Shown: positions 13,851 through 26,773, counted from the first letter of the stretch. The stretch: DNA of 64,000 nucleotides from Octopus vulgaris (GCA_951406725.2 OX597818.1:44950001-45014000); one strand, 5' to 3'. Notes: generated from the letters alone by a model not told the origin. Numbers and translations are program-made.

Positions 13851-13963
13851 CTGAAACGAAAGAATATTATAACAGTAACAGTTGTAGTCCGGTTTACATC
13901 AATTAAAGTTGTAAAACAATACATACATAGATTGCATTTATAGAGAAACATTGAATCTGTAAC

Positions 13964-14267
13964 TTTTATATATTTGTTTTGCAAGATTTTGATGTGAAAT
14001 CATGTGTTGAAACAGATATTGTTGTATTTTGGAATGGTCATTTTGCCAGTTTAGCCAATAAAAACACACGCACTATATATTTGGTGTTACTTTGCTTCAG
14101 TGTTATTTATTTTTTAAATTAATCTTAATCTTATTTCGGCCAGAACTCTGGTCGAAATAAGATTAATGTAAGAAATAAATAACACTGAAGCAAAGTAACA
14201 CCAAATATATAGTGCATGTGTTTTTATTGGCTAAACTGGCAAAATGACCATTCCTAAATACAACAAT
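13964..14267. mobile_element. Foldback insertion with ~125-bp inverted arms and a 14-bp TSD
   Basis: Arms about 14016-14143 and 14146-14269; flanked by attgaatctgtaac (13950-13963) and attgaatctataac (14268-14281). Confidence 0.8.
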
Positions 14268-14377
14268 ATTGAATCTATAACATTATATGTTAATGAAGTT
14301 TGGAAGTTATTACATAAATTAAAAGGAGAAAGCTGAAAGAAATTTACAGCTCCTAAAGGTGACATATTTTCAGTTAT

Positions 14378-14665
14378 TGTGGTGTTGGTGGTGTTATGGG
14401 CTGTGATGAGCTATGTGGTGTTGGTGGAGGGGATTGCAGATGATGTGGATGGAAGTAAGGATTGCATGGGCCGGTGACACAGGCAGAGGGCATGCGTGAG
14501 CAGGAAGCACGTGTGGTCAGATCGAGCAGAGATGGCAGCAAGACAAGGCATGTTTAATTTGTGAGAGTGACCGCTGATTTCGCCGAGGTCAACAGGTAAG
14601 GCCTTTTGTATTGCTTTCTCTCATTTGCTTCTTTTTCTGTTGTCCTTTACCTCCATCACGCTACA
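14378..14665. mobile_element. Solo LTR of an LTR retrotransposon (288 bp)
   Basis: Termini TGTGGTG...CGCTACA (TG..CA, imperfectly inverted), perfect 5-bp TSD gttat (14373-14377 and 14666-14670), GC-richer than the flanks. Confidence 0.75.
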
Positions 14666-15796
14666 GTTATGATTCATAACCTTGTATGTATATTGCATTG
14701 TCACAAAGAGTCCTCCTGCACAAAGCTAGAAAATACCACAGCCTTAATCAGTAGCTAAGCCTCTGCAAAATCTTAAGAAAACCCACATTGAAGTAATGCT
14801 CATATTCTATATACACATATGTGTGTGTGTGTGTTTGTGTGTTTGTGTGTGCATGTGTATGTGTACATACTAGTATTTTGAAGTAGACAGTATTATATAT
14901 ATATATATAGAATCATTACAGCTGATTTTACCAACTGGTTTCACACAGGATATTAGATAACTGGACAGTTATCAAATCCATGTAATCTTTGGGGATGGTA
15001 GTTTTTACACACACACACACATGTGACAGTGTTGTTGCTACACATATGAACATCATAGTCCATAACCAAAAAAAGACCATCTTGTTTTATATCCGATCCT
15101 TTCTTCCCAGAATTGTAACAGTTCAGAAATCTCACATTATGTCAGCAATACTCCAATTTTCTAGAAGACATCATTCATAGTTTGTGGTTTAATATTTGTT
15201 GCAATGACATTTATTGTCGAGTCTTTTGATAATGAGAGAGTGTAGCTCGATACAACCTCCTTGATACAGGTAGTGTGTCTTTGTACTCTAAAAAGAAATA
15301 AATTTCTCATGTATTCATTGAAGAATTATGGAGATGTACTTGCATAGCAAGTGACCTGATCTGACATCGTGTTCTGGAACGAAAACAATTGCAGTGTGGA
15401 AGGTGTTTATAAGCCATTTATGAAACACACAAAATTCATTAGATTCACTTCAACATTTAAATTTAATTTGTCAAAATATTTTCATCACTTTGAGACTGTA
15501 ACCTGTTCACCGACAAAATTCCGTGCTGACAAAAATATAACAATGATTAAGTAATGTGCAAAATAATAAATAAAACGTATATATTTATTATTTATTTATT
15601 ATTTTGCACATTACTTAATCATCGTTATGTTTTATCTTATATTTAATCTTTCTATAATATGTAATTTTTCTAAATGGTATAATTTAATTTTTCATTATTG
15701 AATTGATAAAATGTATTTTTTTTCTAATTTATATATATATATATATTATATTTTGTGAAATTTGATTTAGTATTTCTAAATTGAATTTTTCCCTCA

Positions 15797-15847
<51 letters not shown>

Positions 15848-16429
15848 GTGTGTGTGTGTGTGTGTGTATAGGACAGGTTCCTTTCAGTTCCCATCTACCA
15901 AATCCACTCAAGGCTTTGATCAACCCAAGGCTATAGTAGAAGACACTTGCCCAAGGTGCCACACAGTGGGACTGAACACAGAACCAATATGGCTGAGAAG
16001 CAAACTTCTTACCACACAGCCATGCTTCTTCCCCCAAGCCCCTTATTTACTTATAAGTAAATAAATTGGCAAACTTTCTATCACCAAAACTTTTGAAGAC
16101 TATTTTCTTTATATAGAGAGAAATCACTTCCAGATGTAATACAAATTAGTATATGTGGTTATAATAGATAAAAATTAGGAACATTAGAACGGAAGTTGAT
16201 AAAAATATCGTAATTAAATATTCTAATTAAATATAGTCATGTTTTTAATTAGCTGTTTATAAATACTCTAATATTTTTGTAATTGATATGTATAAATGTC
16301 TATGAATATAGTTTAGGTATATAAATAGAAAATGGTATAAACTCCATTTGCAATGCAGCTGGCTCAGTGGTTAAGGGGGTGGCAAACTACCAGCAGAAGG
16401 AGTCAGGAAATAGGTTGTTGTTGTTGTTG

Positions 16430-17750
16430 TTGTTGTTGTAGCCTTAGGATGCCTTTGATTGTACCTATTAATGAGAGAAGGCATTCCACCTGTGATTGTC
16501 CTGTCTTTATTTCAGATGGTTGCATATAAATTGAGAGAAATTTAGCAGCTATTTCTAGCAGGTCAAACAACTACATAGAGTCTTCTACATTGGCCTGAAT
16601 AGAACATAGCTATTGTAGTTTAGCCCTAGGGTGCCTCTGATTGAACCCATCAATGATAGGAGGCATTCCACTTGTGATTGTCTTTTATTTAAGATTGTGG
16701 CATATAAATTGAGGGAAATGTGGCTATTTTTTCTTGCAGATCGAAAAGTCACACAGAGGTTCCCACATTGGCCTGAATAGAACATAGCTATTGTAGTTTA
16801 GCCCTATGGTACCTCTGACTGAACCCATCAATGATAGGAGGTATTCCACTTGTGATTGTCTTTTATTTAAGATTGTGGCATATACATTGAGTGGAGGCGC
16901 GTGGCTTAGTGGTTAGGGTGTCAGCACCATGATCGTACGATTGTGGTTTCGATTCCTGGACCGGCCGACGCGTTATGTTCTTGAGCAAAACACTTCATTT
17001 CATATTTCTCCAGTCCACTCAGCTGGCAAAAATGAATAACGCTGCGATGGACTGGTGTCCCATCCAGCTGGGGAACACATACGCCATAGAAACAGGGAAA
17101 CTGGGACCATGAGCCTGGCTAGGCTTTAAAAGGGTGCATTTATTTATTTATATAAATTGAGGGAAATGTGGCTATTTTTTCTTGCAGATCAAACAATCAC
17201 ACAGAGATTCCTACATTGGCTTGAATAAAACATAGCTATTGTAGTTTAGCCCTAGGGTACCTCTGACTGAACTTATCAATGATAGTACGCATTCCACTTA
17301 TAATTGTCTTTTATTTAAGATTATGGCATTTAAATTGAGAGAAAAGTAGCTATTTTTTCTTGCAGATCGAACAGTCACACAGAGGTTCCCACATTGGCTT
17401 CAATAGAACATAGCTATTGTTGGTGTTTAGCCCTAGGGAGCTTCTGATTGAACCTATCAATGATAAGAGTAATTTCACCTATGATTGTCCTTCCTTTATT
17501 TAAGATTGTTGCATATAAATTGAGGGAAACTTACATGTTTTTTCTTGCAGATCAAGTGACCATATAGAGGTTCCCTCATTGGCTTGAATTGAACATAGCT
17601 GCTGCTGTTGTTTAGCCCTTGGTTGGCCCTGATTGTACTATCAATGTTAAAATTCCACCTGTGTCATTTATTTATTTAAGATGGTTATATATAAACTGAG
17701 GGAAATTTAACTTCTATATCTTGTAGATTAAGTGACAGCCCAGAGGTCCT
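16430..17750. repeat. Tandem array of about six ~180-bp units
   Basis: aacatagct...tttagccct recurs at about 16602, 16781, 17229, 17407 and 17592, with a diverged first unit near 16430; unit 3 is interrupted by a SINE. Confidence 0.9.
16893..17149 (+). mobile_element. tRNA-derived SINE, family D (OR-type-like), inserted in the tandem array
   Basis: ggaggcgcgtggcttagtggttaggg...gtttcgattcc head, (ATTT)n tail, TSD atata(c/a)attgag. Confidence 0.85.
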
Positions 17751-17751
17751 C

Positions 17752-18158
17752 TTTTACTTGTCTGAGTCATTTGACTCAGGCCATGCTGGACCACCACCTA
17801 TAGTCAAGCAAATCGACTCCAGGACTTATTCTTTGGAAGCCTGGTACTTATTCTATCGGTCACTTTTGCTGAACCACTAAGTTACAAGGATGTAAACACA
17901 CCAGCATCGGTTGTCAAGCAATGTTGCGGAGAAAAACACAGACACACAAACGTATACACACACACTCACATACACACACACATATAAATATATATACAAT
18001 GGGCTTCTTTCAGTTTCCGTCTACCAAATCCACTCACAAGGCTTTGGTCAGCCCGAGGCTATAGTAGAAGACACTTGCCCCAGGTGCCATGCAGTGGGAC
18101 TGAACCTGGAACCATGTGGTTGGTAAGCAAGCTACTTACCACACAGCCACTCCTACAC
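17752..18158 (-). mobile_element. SINE family A
   Basis: Full reverse-complement copy. Confidence 0.85.
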
Positions 18159-18443
18159 CTATTATTTTGTCTCAAATTAATGTATGAAAAAATTAATGTG
18201 AAAAAAAAAGGAATTTTGAAAGAAGTTTCTATAAAACTAGTTTTAAAACATCAAATACCTATGGGGGTTTACCAGAATAATACAATAATCAAAAGGGTCC
18301 GTAGATCAAAAAATGGTTGAGAACCCCTGCTCTAAATAATGTGGTCACCAAATTGGGAAATAACAGTTATTTAAAATGCAATTAAATTGTAAGTGTGGTT
18401 TATTTGAATAATAAAATTTGATGAAACAACAGTGTCATCTTAC

Positions 18444-18596
18444 GTCCATTAAATGATCTTCCGAACGCTTAATAAGATCTTCAAACACGTCTCGAAATTG
18501 GTAGAGTTTTTGTGCCTGGCTTGTTTTATGGGTAGCAATTTCTTCCAAGGGTTTATACACATTCTTGATAAGTAAACTAGCAACGTCAAGATGAGC
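18444..18596 (-). CDS. Internal coding exon C: AHLDVASLLIKNVYKPLEEIATHKTSQAQKLYQFRDVFEDLIKRSEDHLMD
   Basis: ctatttcttgacag|GCTCAT...ATGGAC|gtaaga. 153 nt, phase 0/0; F-BAR-type H-x3-A-x2-L-x3-V-x2-P-L motif. Confidence 0.9.
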
Positions 18597-19073
18597 CTGT
18601 CAAGAAATAGAATATATTTAATTGTTAAAGAGTGATTTCATCATCATCAACATCATGATTTATACGAATATATACAGTTGACAAATGCATAAAGATAGAG
18701 AGAGTGGTGTGAGGGGGAGAGTGTGTGAGAGAGATGGGTATGGAAAAGAGAGGGAAATGAGGAGAGAGGGGTTGAAGGGAGAGAGAGATGGTGGGAGAGG
18801 GGGTGAATGGAGAGGGGTTGGAGGGAGAGAGGTATGGACGGAGGGAGAGAAGGTGGAAGGAAAGGGGGTGAATGGCGTGCAGTTGCAGGGAGTGAGGGAT
18901 TATTATTGTTGTTGTTATTGTTGTTATTATTATTATTATTATTATTATTTTTAATAAAAGGAGAGTGATGGAGGGGAAGAGAGAGTAAGAGAGAAAGACA
19001 CAGAAAAGGAGATATAAAGATAGAGAGTGACAGAATAATAGAGAGAGTGAGAAGGACAAACAGACAGACCGAC

Positions 19074-19125
<52 letters not shown>

Positions 19126-19430
19126 CTGCAAAATATCCACACAACTTGAACCCTCTAAATCCTGTCAGTGAACAATTCCTTCAGCGGCCCTTATACTTCT
19201 GCTGTGTAGCAAAGAGTGGAATTATAAAAAAAGACCAAACAACCCTTATTTGAAAAACTGGTGGGGGTTGAGGACAGAAAGGGCATCAGGCCATAAAATA
19301 CTGCCTCAAATAAATTAGCAGAACAGTAAAAATGTGTGAAACATTTCAAAGAGTTTTACCAATTTTGAGTTTATTGAAATGAGAATACATGCACATAATT
19401 ACACATGTGTATACAGCATACACTCTTGTA

Positions 19431-19655
19431 TTGTTTGTTCCTTCTCAAGCCATGCCTGGCTCATAAGGGCCGGTTTCCTGGTTTCCTTGGCATATAGGTT
19501 CCCCACCTGGACGGGACGCCGGTCCGTCGCAGGTGAGCTCCAAGATGCAGGAGGAAAGAGTGAGAGAAAGTTGTGGCGAAAGAGTCAGCAGAAGTTTCGC
19601 CATTACCTTCTGCCGGAGCCGCATGGAGCTTAGGTGTTTCACTCATAAACACACA
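19431..19655 (-). mobile_element. SINE family D-related, 5' truncated
   Basis: Near-identical to 29060-29363 and related to 61321-61577. Confidence 0.75.
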
Positions 19656-20241
19656 CTCTCATAGACATCCGTAAAATGTAATCAAATGCATACACTTGGG
19701 TGTTAAAAAGACATGAATAGCCACTTCATAAGTGTAGGTATGTCTACTCTTATATTCATGCACACACTGACTTTCACACATGATCACAAAATCTTGAAAC
19801 TGTCTTGACTCAAACAAAATAAAAACGCTTTGTTGTTTTGTTTATGGCCGGCTTTGAACAGTACAAAGAACTTAAATAATGTTGAAGAATACAGACATAC
19901 GTAAATACATAGAAAGATACATACATACATACATATACATATATACATACATAGATACATATATACGTATATAGATACATAGATACATACATACCTACAT
20001 ACATACATACAGATACATACATATATACAGATACCTACATACATACAGATACCTACCTACATACATACATACATACATACATACATACATACCTACATAT
20101 ATACATAAATACATACATAAATGCATGCATGCATATATATACATACTTAGTTTATCATTTAAGTATATATGAGCATGTCTAGATATGCAGGCATATGCAT
20201 TAGAAGAAATACATCAAACAAAACATACAAATCTGCACCAT

Positions 20242-20302
<61 letters not shown>

Positions 20303-20679
20303 TACATACATACATACATACATACATACATACATACATACAAAAATACTGTGTTGTTGATGAGGAAATTCCAATGAAGGAGCCTTGGATCTCGGTTAGA
20401 AACCGGCTCTTTCTCCGTTGGCAAGAAAACTTGAAATATCACTGAATAATGGCATACATACATTAAAGAGAAAATAAAAATCTGTCCATACACTGACTCC
20501 AAACATTGCACACATACACACAAACATGCACAAACATCCTGTTGAGGCTGTTGAAATTCCAATGAAGGAGACTTGGATATACATTGGAAACTGGCCTATT
20601 CTCTATTGGCAAGAAATCTTGAAATAAAACTGAACAATAACACACATACAAGCTTCCAGCTTCTATAACTGGATTATAA

Positions 20680-20993
20680 ATTCATGACACGCAAAAAGCA
20701 CCATCCGAACATCGCAGATACTAGCGCCACCCGACTGGCGTCCGTGTCGGTGACACGTAAAAGCACCAACCGATCGTGGCCGTTTGCCAGCCTGTGCTGG
20801 CTCCTGTGCCGGTGGCACGTAAAAAACACCCACTACACTCACGGAGTGGTTGGCATTAGGAAGGGCATCCAGCTGTAGAAACACTGCCAAATCAGACTGG
20901 AGCTTGGTGCTGCCTCCATGGCCTGCCAGACCCTGGTCGAACCGTCCAACCCATGCTAGCATGGAAAACGGATGTTAAATAATGATGATGATA
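20680..20993 (+). mobile_element. Family B (RTE-tail) fragment
   Basis: gtgccggtggcacgtaaaa repeats plus the (GAT)n tail. Confidence 0.8.
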
Positions 20994-21765
20994 ATTTGAC
21001 TGATAATAGTTGGTGCACTTGGTTTTGTTAGTAAATGCATAAGTGGCAATCTGGATAAAATAAGGTTTTCAGAAAAATAAATCAACCACCAAATTTGCAC
21101 ATTAGAAATCCAATCTCTCAAGTTTAAAATGTGATATCGTTTATTTATCTACATTCTAAAAAGCACCATTCGAGCGTGATCGTTACCAGCATCGCGTTAC
21201 TGGCACTTGTGCCAGTGTGCAGGTGAGATGTCAAAAAAAAAACATGATTTTTTCGTGGCTGTTGCCCGTACCGCCTGACTAGCCCTTGTGCTGGTGGCAC
21301 GTAAAAGCACCCACTACACTCTCGGAGTGGTTGGTGTTAGGAAGGGCATCCAGCTGTAGAAACTCTGCCAGATCAAGATTGGAGCCTGGCGCAGCCATCT
21401 GGTTCGCCAGTCCTCAGTCAAATCATCCACACACAAGGCCTTGGTCAGCCTGAGGCTATAGTAGAAGACACTTGCCCAAGGTGCCATGCAGTGGGACTGA
21501 ACCCGGAACCATGTGGTTGGTTAGCAAGCTACTTACCACACAGCCACTATGCACCTATGCAAACATGTGATTTTTCTAGGCTCTCCAAATTTGTTTCATA
21601 TTTTATCATACAGACTTATGTTACAACTCTAATTTTTATTTTAATTATTAGTTATTTGGTTGTAAAATCTCAAGAACTGATCAGAGTAGTAACTATACTA
21701 AATAAAATGTAAAGTCAGTCACCACATCAAAGTGACTGTTCCATGTTACTACAAGCCAGTTATCT

Positions 21766-22384
21766 TATTTCTTTACTACCCACAAGGGGCCAAACACAGA
21801 AGGGACAAACAAGGGCAGACAAACGGATTAAGTCGATTATATCGACCCCAGTGCACAACTGGTACTTATTTAATCGACCCCAAAAGGATGAAAGGCAAAG
21901 TCGACCTCGGCGGAATTTGAACACAAAACGTAGCGGCAGACGAAATACCTATTTCTTTACTACCCACAAGGGGCTAAACACAGAGGGGACAAACAAGGAC
22001 AGACAAACGGATTAAGTCGATTATACCGACCCCAGTGCACAACTGGTACTTATTTAATCGACCCCAAAAGGATGAAAGGCAAAGTCGACCTCGGCGGAAT
22101 TTGAACACAAAATGTAGCGGCAGACGAAATACCTATTTCTTTACTACCCACAAGGGGCTAAACACAGAGGGGACAAACAAGAACAGACAAATGGATTAAG
22201 GATTCGAAGTGCCAACTGGATTATTTATCGACCCCAGTGCACAACTGGTACTTATTTAATCGACCCCCCGAAAGGATGAAAGGCAAAGTCGACCTCGGCG
22301 GAATTTGAACTCACAATGTACTGGCAGACAAAATACCGCTAAGCATTTCGCCCGGCGCGCTAACGTTTCTGCCAGCTCACCGCC
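21766..22384 (-). mobile_element. SINE family C tandem trimer, 184-bp period
   Basis: Unit starts on the + strand at 21766, 21950 and 22134; single head at 22340-22384; TSD aagccag(t/c)tatct at 21753-21765 and 22389-22401. Confidence 0.9.
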
Positions 22385-22759
22385 TGTGAAGCCAGCTATC
22401 TAACAGGAAGGTGTTAGTCAGTTACATTGACCCCAGCACTTGACTGGTACTTTTTTTATTGACTCCGAAATGATGAAAAGCAAAGTGGACCTCAGTGGTT
22501 TTTGAACTCAGAATGTACAGAATTGAAAGAAACATCGGTAAACATAGCATTTTGTCTGGCTCAGTAACATTTCTGCCAGCTCATCACTTTTAGCATTATC
22601 TAATTTATTACTATGGCATATGAATAGAGAGAGGGAGAGAATATATTCCTTGCTTAATGTTATCAGCTAGTTATTGATATAAAAAAACTATTCAGCTAAA
22701 ACTGATTACAATAAACAGCTTTTCCGACAAATAAAGTGAGTTCACAGCTGTAACCTACA

Positions 22760-23205
22760 CCAGCGTTGCATAACCACTCCACTCAAGAGTACCTTGGATC
22801 ATAGGGCAACATACCGTGCTTGAGGAAACCTAGTGAGTTGTTTACATCAAAATCAAATAGGAATTGTAGTTGTGATCCTCGTACCGGTGGCACGTAAAAA
22901 GCACCATTCAAACATGGCCAATGCCAGCGCCACTTTGACTGGCTTCTGTGCCAGTGGCACATAAAAAAACACCCACCAATTGCGGTTGTTGCCAGGCCCC
23001 TCTGGCCCCCCCTGTGCCGGTGGCATGTAAAAAGCACCCACTGCACTCTTGGAGTGGTTGGCGTTAGGAAGGGTATCCAGCTGTAGAAACCTTGCCAGAT
23101 AAGATGGAGCTTGGTGCAGCCTCCTGGCTTCCCAGACCCCAGTCAAACCGTCCAACCCATGCCAGTATGGAAAATGGACGTTAAACGATGATGATGATGA
23201 TGATG
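22760..23205 (+). mobile_element. Family B (RTE-tail) element
   Basis: Internal gtgccggtggca repeats and (GAT)n tail. Confidence 0.8.
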
Positions 23206-23264
23206 ACCAACAGGATATTGAAACTTAATAATTCAGCCAAAGAATTACTCCTATGTCAAAGTTC

Positions 23265-23671
23265 GGATCTATTCGGTTTGAACGGCAGTTTTTTAAAATA
23301 ATTTCCACCTAACTAAACACTTTTAAACTTCGTATACTGGTAGAATGTATTTATAAAACATTTTTTCTCTTGGCTTTATTGAGAAAATTCTATAGTTTGT
23401 AAGATATTTGCTGGGTTTTTTTTCTTCAATTTCTGCAAGTTCAACCAATCAATGACGTCTATTGGGGTAAAAAAACATTCTGTGCCGTATGACTATGTCC
23501 CTCGTTTAAGAAACAGATGGGGTTTATTTACATTTGTGAAGAAAAAAAGATACCCTTCCCCCTAACCCTAAAACAGATTGAAATGCAATAGATCGATACT
23601 AGGGTTATAATTATGGGTGACAATTTCATATGACACTGCTAGAAAAAACTGCCGTTCAAACCGAAAAGATC
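23265..23671. mobile_element. MITE (non-autonomous DNA transposon) with ~28-bp TIRs and an 8-9-bp TSD
   Basis: gatctattcggtttgaacggcagttttt / aaaaactgccgttcaaaccgaaaagatc; TSD (t)caaagttc at 23256-23264 and 23672-23680. Confidence 0.88.
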
Positions 23672-24399
23672 TCAAAGTTCTTATCACAAACACAAGCATA
23701 CAAACATATATGTAGACAAAATGCTCACTTTGGAAGAATTGTTTTAATTTTACTGTAAATGGCAGTTGTCTGTATCAATATAAGTGCTTGTTAGATTAAT
23801 TTCTGTCTAACTATACAATTCAATCACATTTTATCAAATTACACACTTTTAACATTAATTAAGTTTATTCACACCTTTACCTGTTTGAATGGGAAAACAA
23901 AGATATTTTATCAATTATATAATTTCAAATTGAATTTTTTGTAATGCCATATATGTGTTGATTTTATTTTTTCCAGAAAATCTGTGTATTCGCAAAAAAC
24001 GAATGTAACTGATTTAATTATGCGTAATTGAATTTACAATATCAGAAACACTGATTTCATTAAATTGTATCAACGGAATTTTTTAATCTTGTTTCTCAGC
24101 CAGAATAAGTTCTGTGTAAGCAAAAATTATATTAAGATATGTAAAAGTTGTCTCCCTTTAGTAGTATCGTTTGCTTATAGAGTTCTTGTTCTTGTTCGGA
24201 GATACAGCGTTGTCTCGGTCGACTGTTCGTTACGAAACAGTGTACAAAATTTTTCCACAGACCAATGCCTTTGGGTGTTGGCCGATGCCAAAACATCTAT
24301 GATTAAAATTTCATAATTGGCGCTGCACGAGTTGCACCAGATTCCCCTGTCAATACCCCCAACAACATCCTGCTTTATAATAGGCTTTATAATAACAAT

Positions 24400-24925
24400 A
24401 ATAATGAAATTATTGTATACAGTGCTCAGGTGCACCACAACTTGTCAAAAGTGCATATAAAGCATATGCAGTAATGTACAAATGTCTGGGAAGTGAACAG
24501 TGTATGAGTCAGATACATGCTTGTGTGTGTATGGAGGGGAGAAAATCAGGTGTAGTGTTGGTGAATCTCAGGAAGCATGGAAGTTTTGAAGGATGCAGTG
24601 CTCTGACAACTAACAACTGATGCCGGCAGTTTGTTCCATGCTTCAGCAACTCTTAGCGTGAAAAAATGTGTCCGAAAGTCATGGGAGCTGTGCTGTTTTC
24701 TGACTTTGTAAACATGTCCGCGGGTGTTGGACAGATGGAGTTTGAAAAGGTGCTCAGAGTTATTGTTTGTAAGATGGTTAATAATTTTATGGGTGTCTGC
24801 CAAGTCAGCTGCCAGACGTCGGAGTTTCAGTGTATCCATGCCCAGGGAAGTAAGGCATTCAGAATATGGCAAGTGCCTGATGGAGGGTATTCTCTTGGGT
24901 TCAGAATATGGCAAATGTCTAATGA
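24400..24925 (-). mobile_element. CR1-clade LINE 3' fragment
   Basis: LPYSECLTSLGMDTLKLRRLAADL...NTRGHVYKV...HFFTLRVAEAWNKLPASVV is a CR1 ORF2 C-terminus; 3' UTR and (ATT)n tail follow. Confidence 0.9.
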
Positions 24926-25207
24926 AGGGTATTCTCTATTATATTACAGTAAACTCTCCTATCCAAAACCACTGGGAAGAAAGGTTGCCAGATAATCGAA
25001 TTTTCCGGGTATTTGATCCTCACTTTTTAACTTAACATAACTCATTATGTAACACCTTACAAAACTCATTAAAACTCTTCATATACATCAGTGTTATCAT
25101 TAATACTCTGAGTAAAAAAGAAATGAGAAAAATAGAAAGAAATATAATTTGAGTAAAGAACAAGTTTTAATAACCTTATGAAATATAGGTTCTGTAAATG
25201 CACTAAA

Positions 25208-25518
25208 ATGGCCCAGTGGTTAGGGCAGTGGACTCGCGGTTGGAGGATCGTGGTTTCAATTCCTAGACCAGGTGTCGTGTGTGTTTATTGAGTGAAAACA
25301 CCTAAAGCTCCACGAGGCTCTGGCAGGGGGTGGTGGTGACCCCTGTTGTACTCTTTCGCCCCAACTTTCTCTCATTCTCTCTTCCTGTTTCTTGAGCAAT
25401 GCTGCAATGGGCTGGCATCCTGTCCAGCTGGGGGCAACACATACACCACAGAAACCGGGAAACCGGGCCCATGAGCCTGGCGAGGCTTGAAAAAGGGAGC
25501 ATAAATAAATAAATAAAA
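25208..25518 (+). mobile_element. SINE family D with a tRNA-Arg-like head
   Basis: tggcccagtggttagggcagtggactcgc...gtttcaattcc; (ATAA)n tail; direct flank aaatgcactaaaatg on both sides. Confidence 0.85.
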
Positions 25519-25996
25519 TGCACTAAAATGTGATATTGTACTGTACTTTGAGAAGCAACAATCCATTTTAGAAAGAAACTTTCTTTCTTTCATAGGCAAT
25601 TAATTAAAACAGATTAGTATAAATTTTCTGGGCTCTAATTAACAATACATTTTCTTTTCTTTTTTCTTTCTGAGTGCTGATAGCTTGAGAGTTCTGGTTA
25701 TTTGAATGGGAGATAAGAGGGATTTTATTGTAAAATGTTTTGATTCCTACAATTCTATATTTGTGAAATGTGGAATTTATATGACATACCCTATTAACAT
25801 TAGTTAGACAGTGTACATAATATAAATTCATCTAAGAAGTATAGAATTGTATTATTCAATTAGTACAGAGCTGATATAAGACATCAATGGAGGTTTATAA
25901 GCCTTAAAAAACAATGAAAGGCAAAGTGGGGTTTGGACTCAGAACTCAGAACTTAAAGACAGATGAAATGCTGCTAAGAATTTTGCTTGGCACAGA

Positions 25997-26232
25997 CTGC
26001 CGGCATCAGTTGTTAGTTGTCGGAGCACTGCATCCTTCAAAACTTCCATGCTTCCTGAGATTCGCCAACACTACACCTGATTTTCCCCCCTCCATACACA
26101 CGCAAGCATGTATCTGACTCATACACTGTTCACTTTCCAGACATTTGCACATTACTGCATATACTTTATTCGCACTTTTGACAAGTTGTGGTGCACCTGA
26201 GCACTGTATACAATAATTTCATTATTATCATT
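25997..26232 (+). mobile_element. Short CR1 3' fragment nested in a family C SINE
   Basis: Matches 24400-24630 in reverse; SINE halves at 25912-25995 and 26233-26258. Confidence 0.85.
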
Positions 26233-26773
26233 TTAACATTTCTATCAGCTCGCCACCTGAGAGTCAAACGGAATATTAACCATATTACTTGATTCACTCA
26301 TCCTTCATTACCAGTTTGGCGGAATAATGAATAAATAAATAAACTCTAGGTACTACCCCATTGCCTCATAGAGGCAACACACACACACAATCTTATTTCA
26401 TTATGCAGATGTACTATTTTTACTATCATTAACCAGCAAAGATGTAAGATCTTCAGCCATTTCATGCTATTCAAAACTAAAGAAAAGAATGAGATTTAAG
26501 AACAGACTGCATTGTCTAAGACATTATAAATAGGTATGACAAGAATTGTTGCTTTGGTAAAACACTGAGCAACAATGCTCAAACTGTGACTTGCAAAATG
26601 CATTCAGTTCACGAAGCCATTATGCATGACTCTGACAATAGTATTGGGTTTTAGTGCTAGTTTTCCTAAAGCTGCCTTAACATTCTACCAACTGAATTTT
26701 AAAGTCGTCGTCATCGTTTAACATCTGTTTTCCATGCTAGCATCCTTTTCCAAGTAAGTTTTACATACATGTA

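Noticed and set aside
24175-24438. CpG-containing non-repetitive-looking stretch with an 87-aa ORF
   Set aside because: No convincing splice sites or recognisable motifs; the ORF starts within the CR1 tail. Probably an unidentified repeat fragment.
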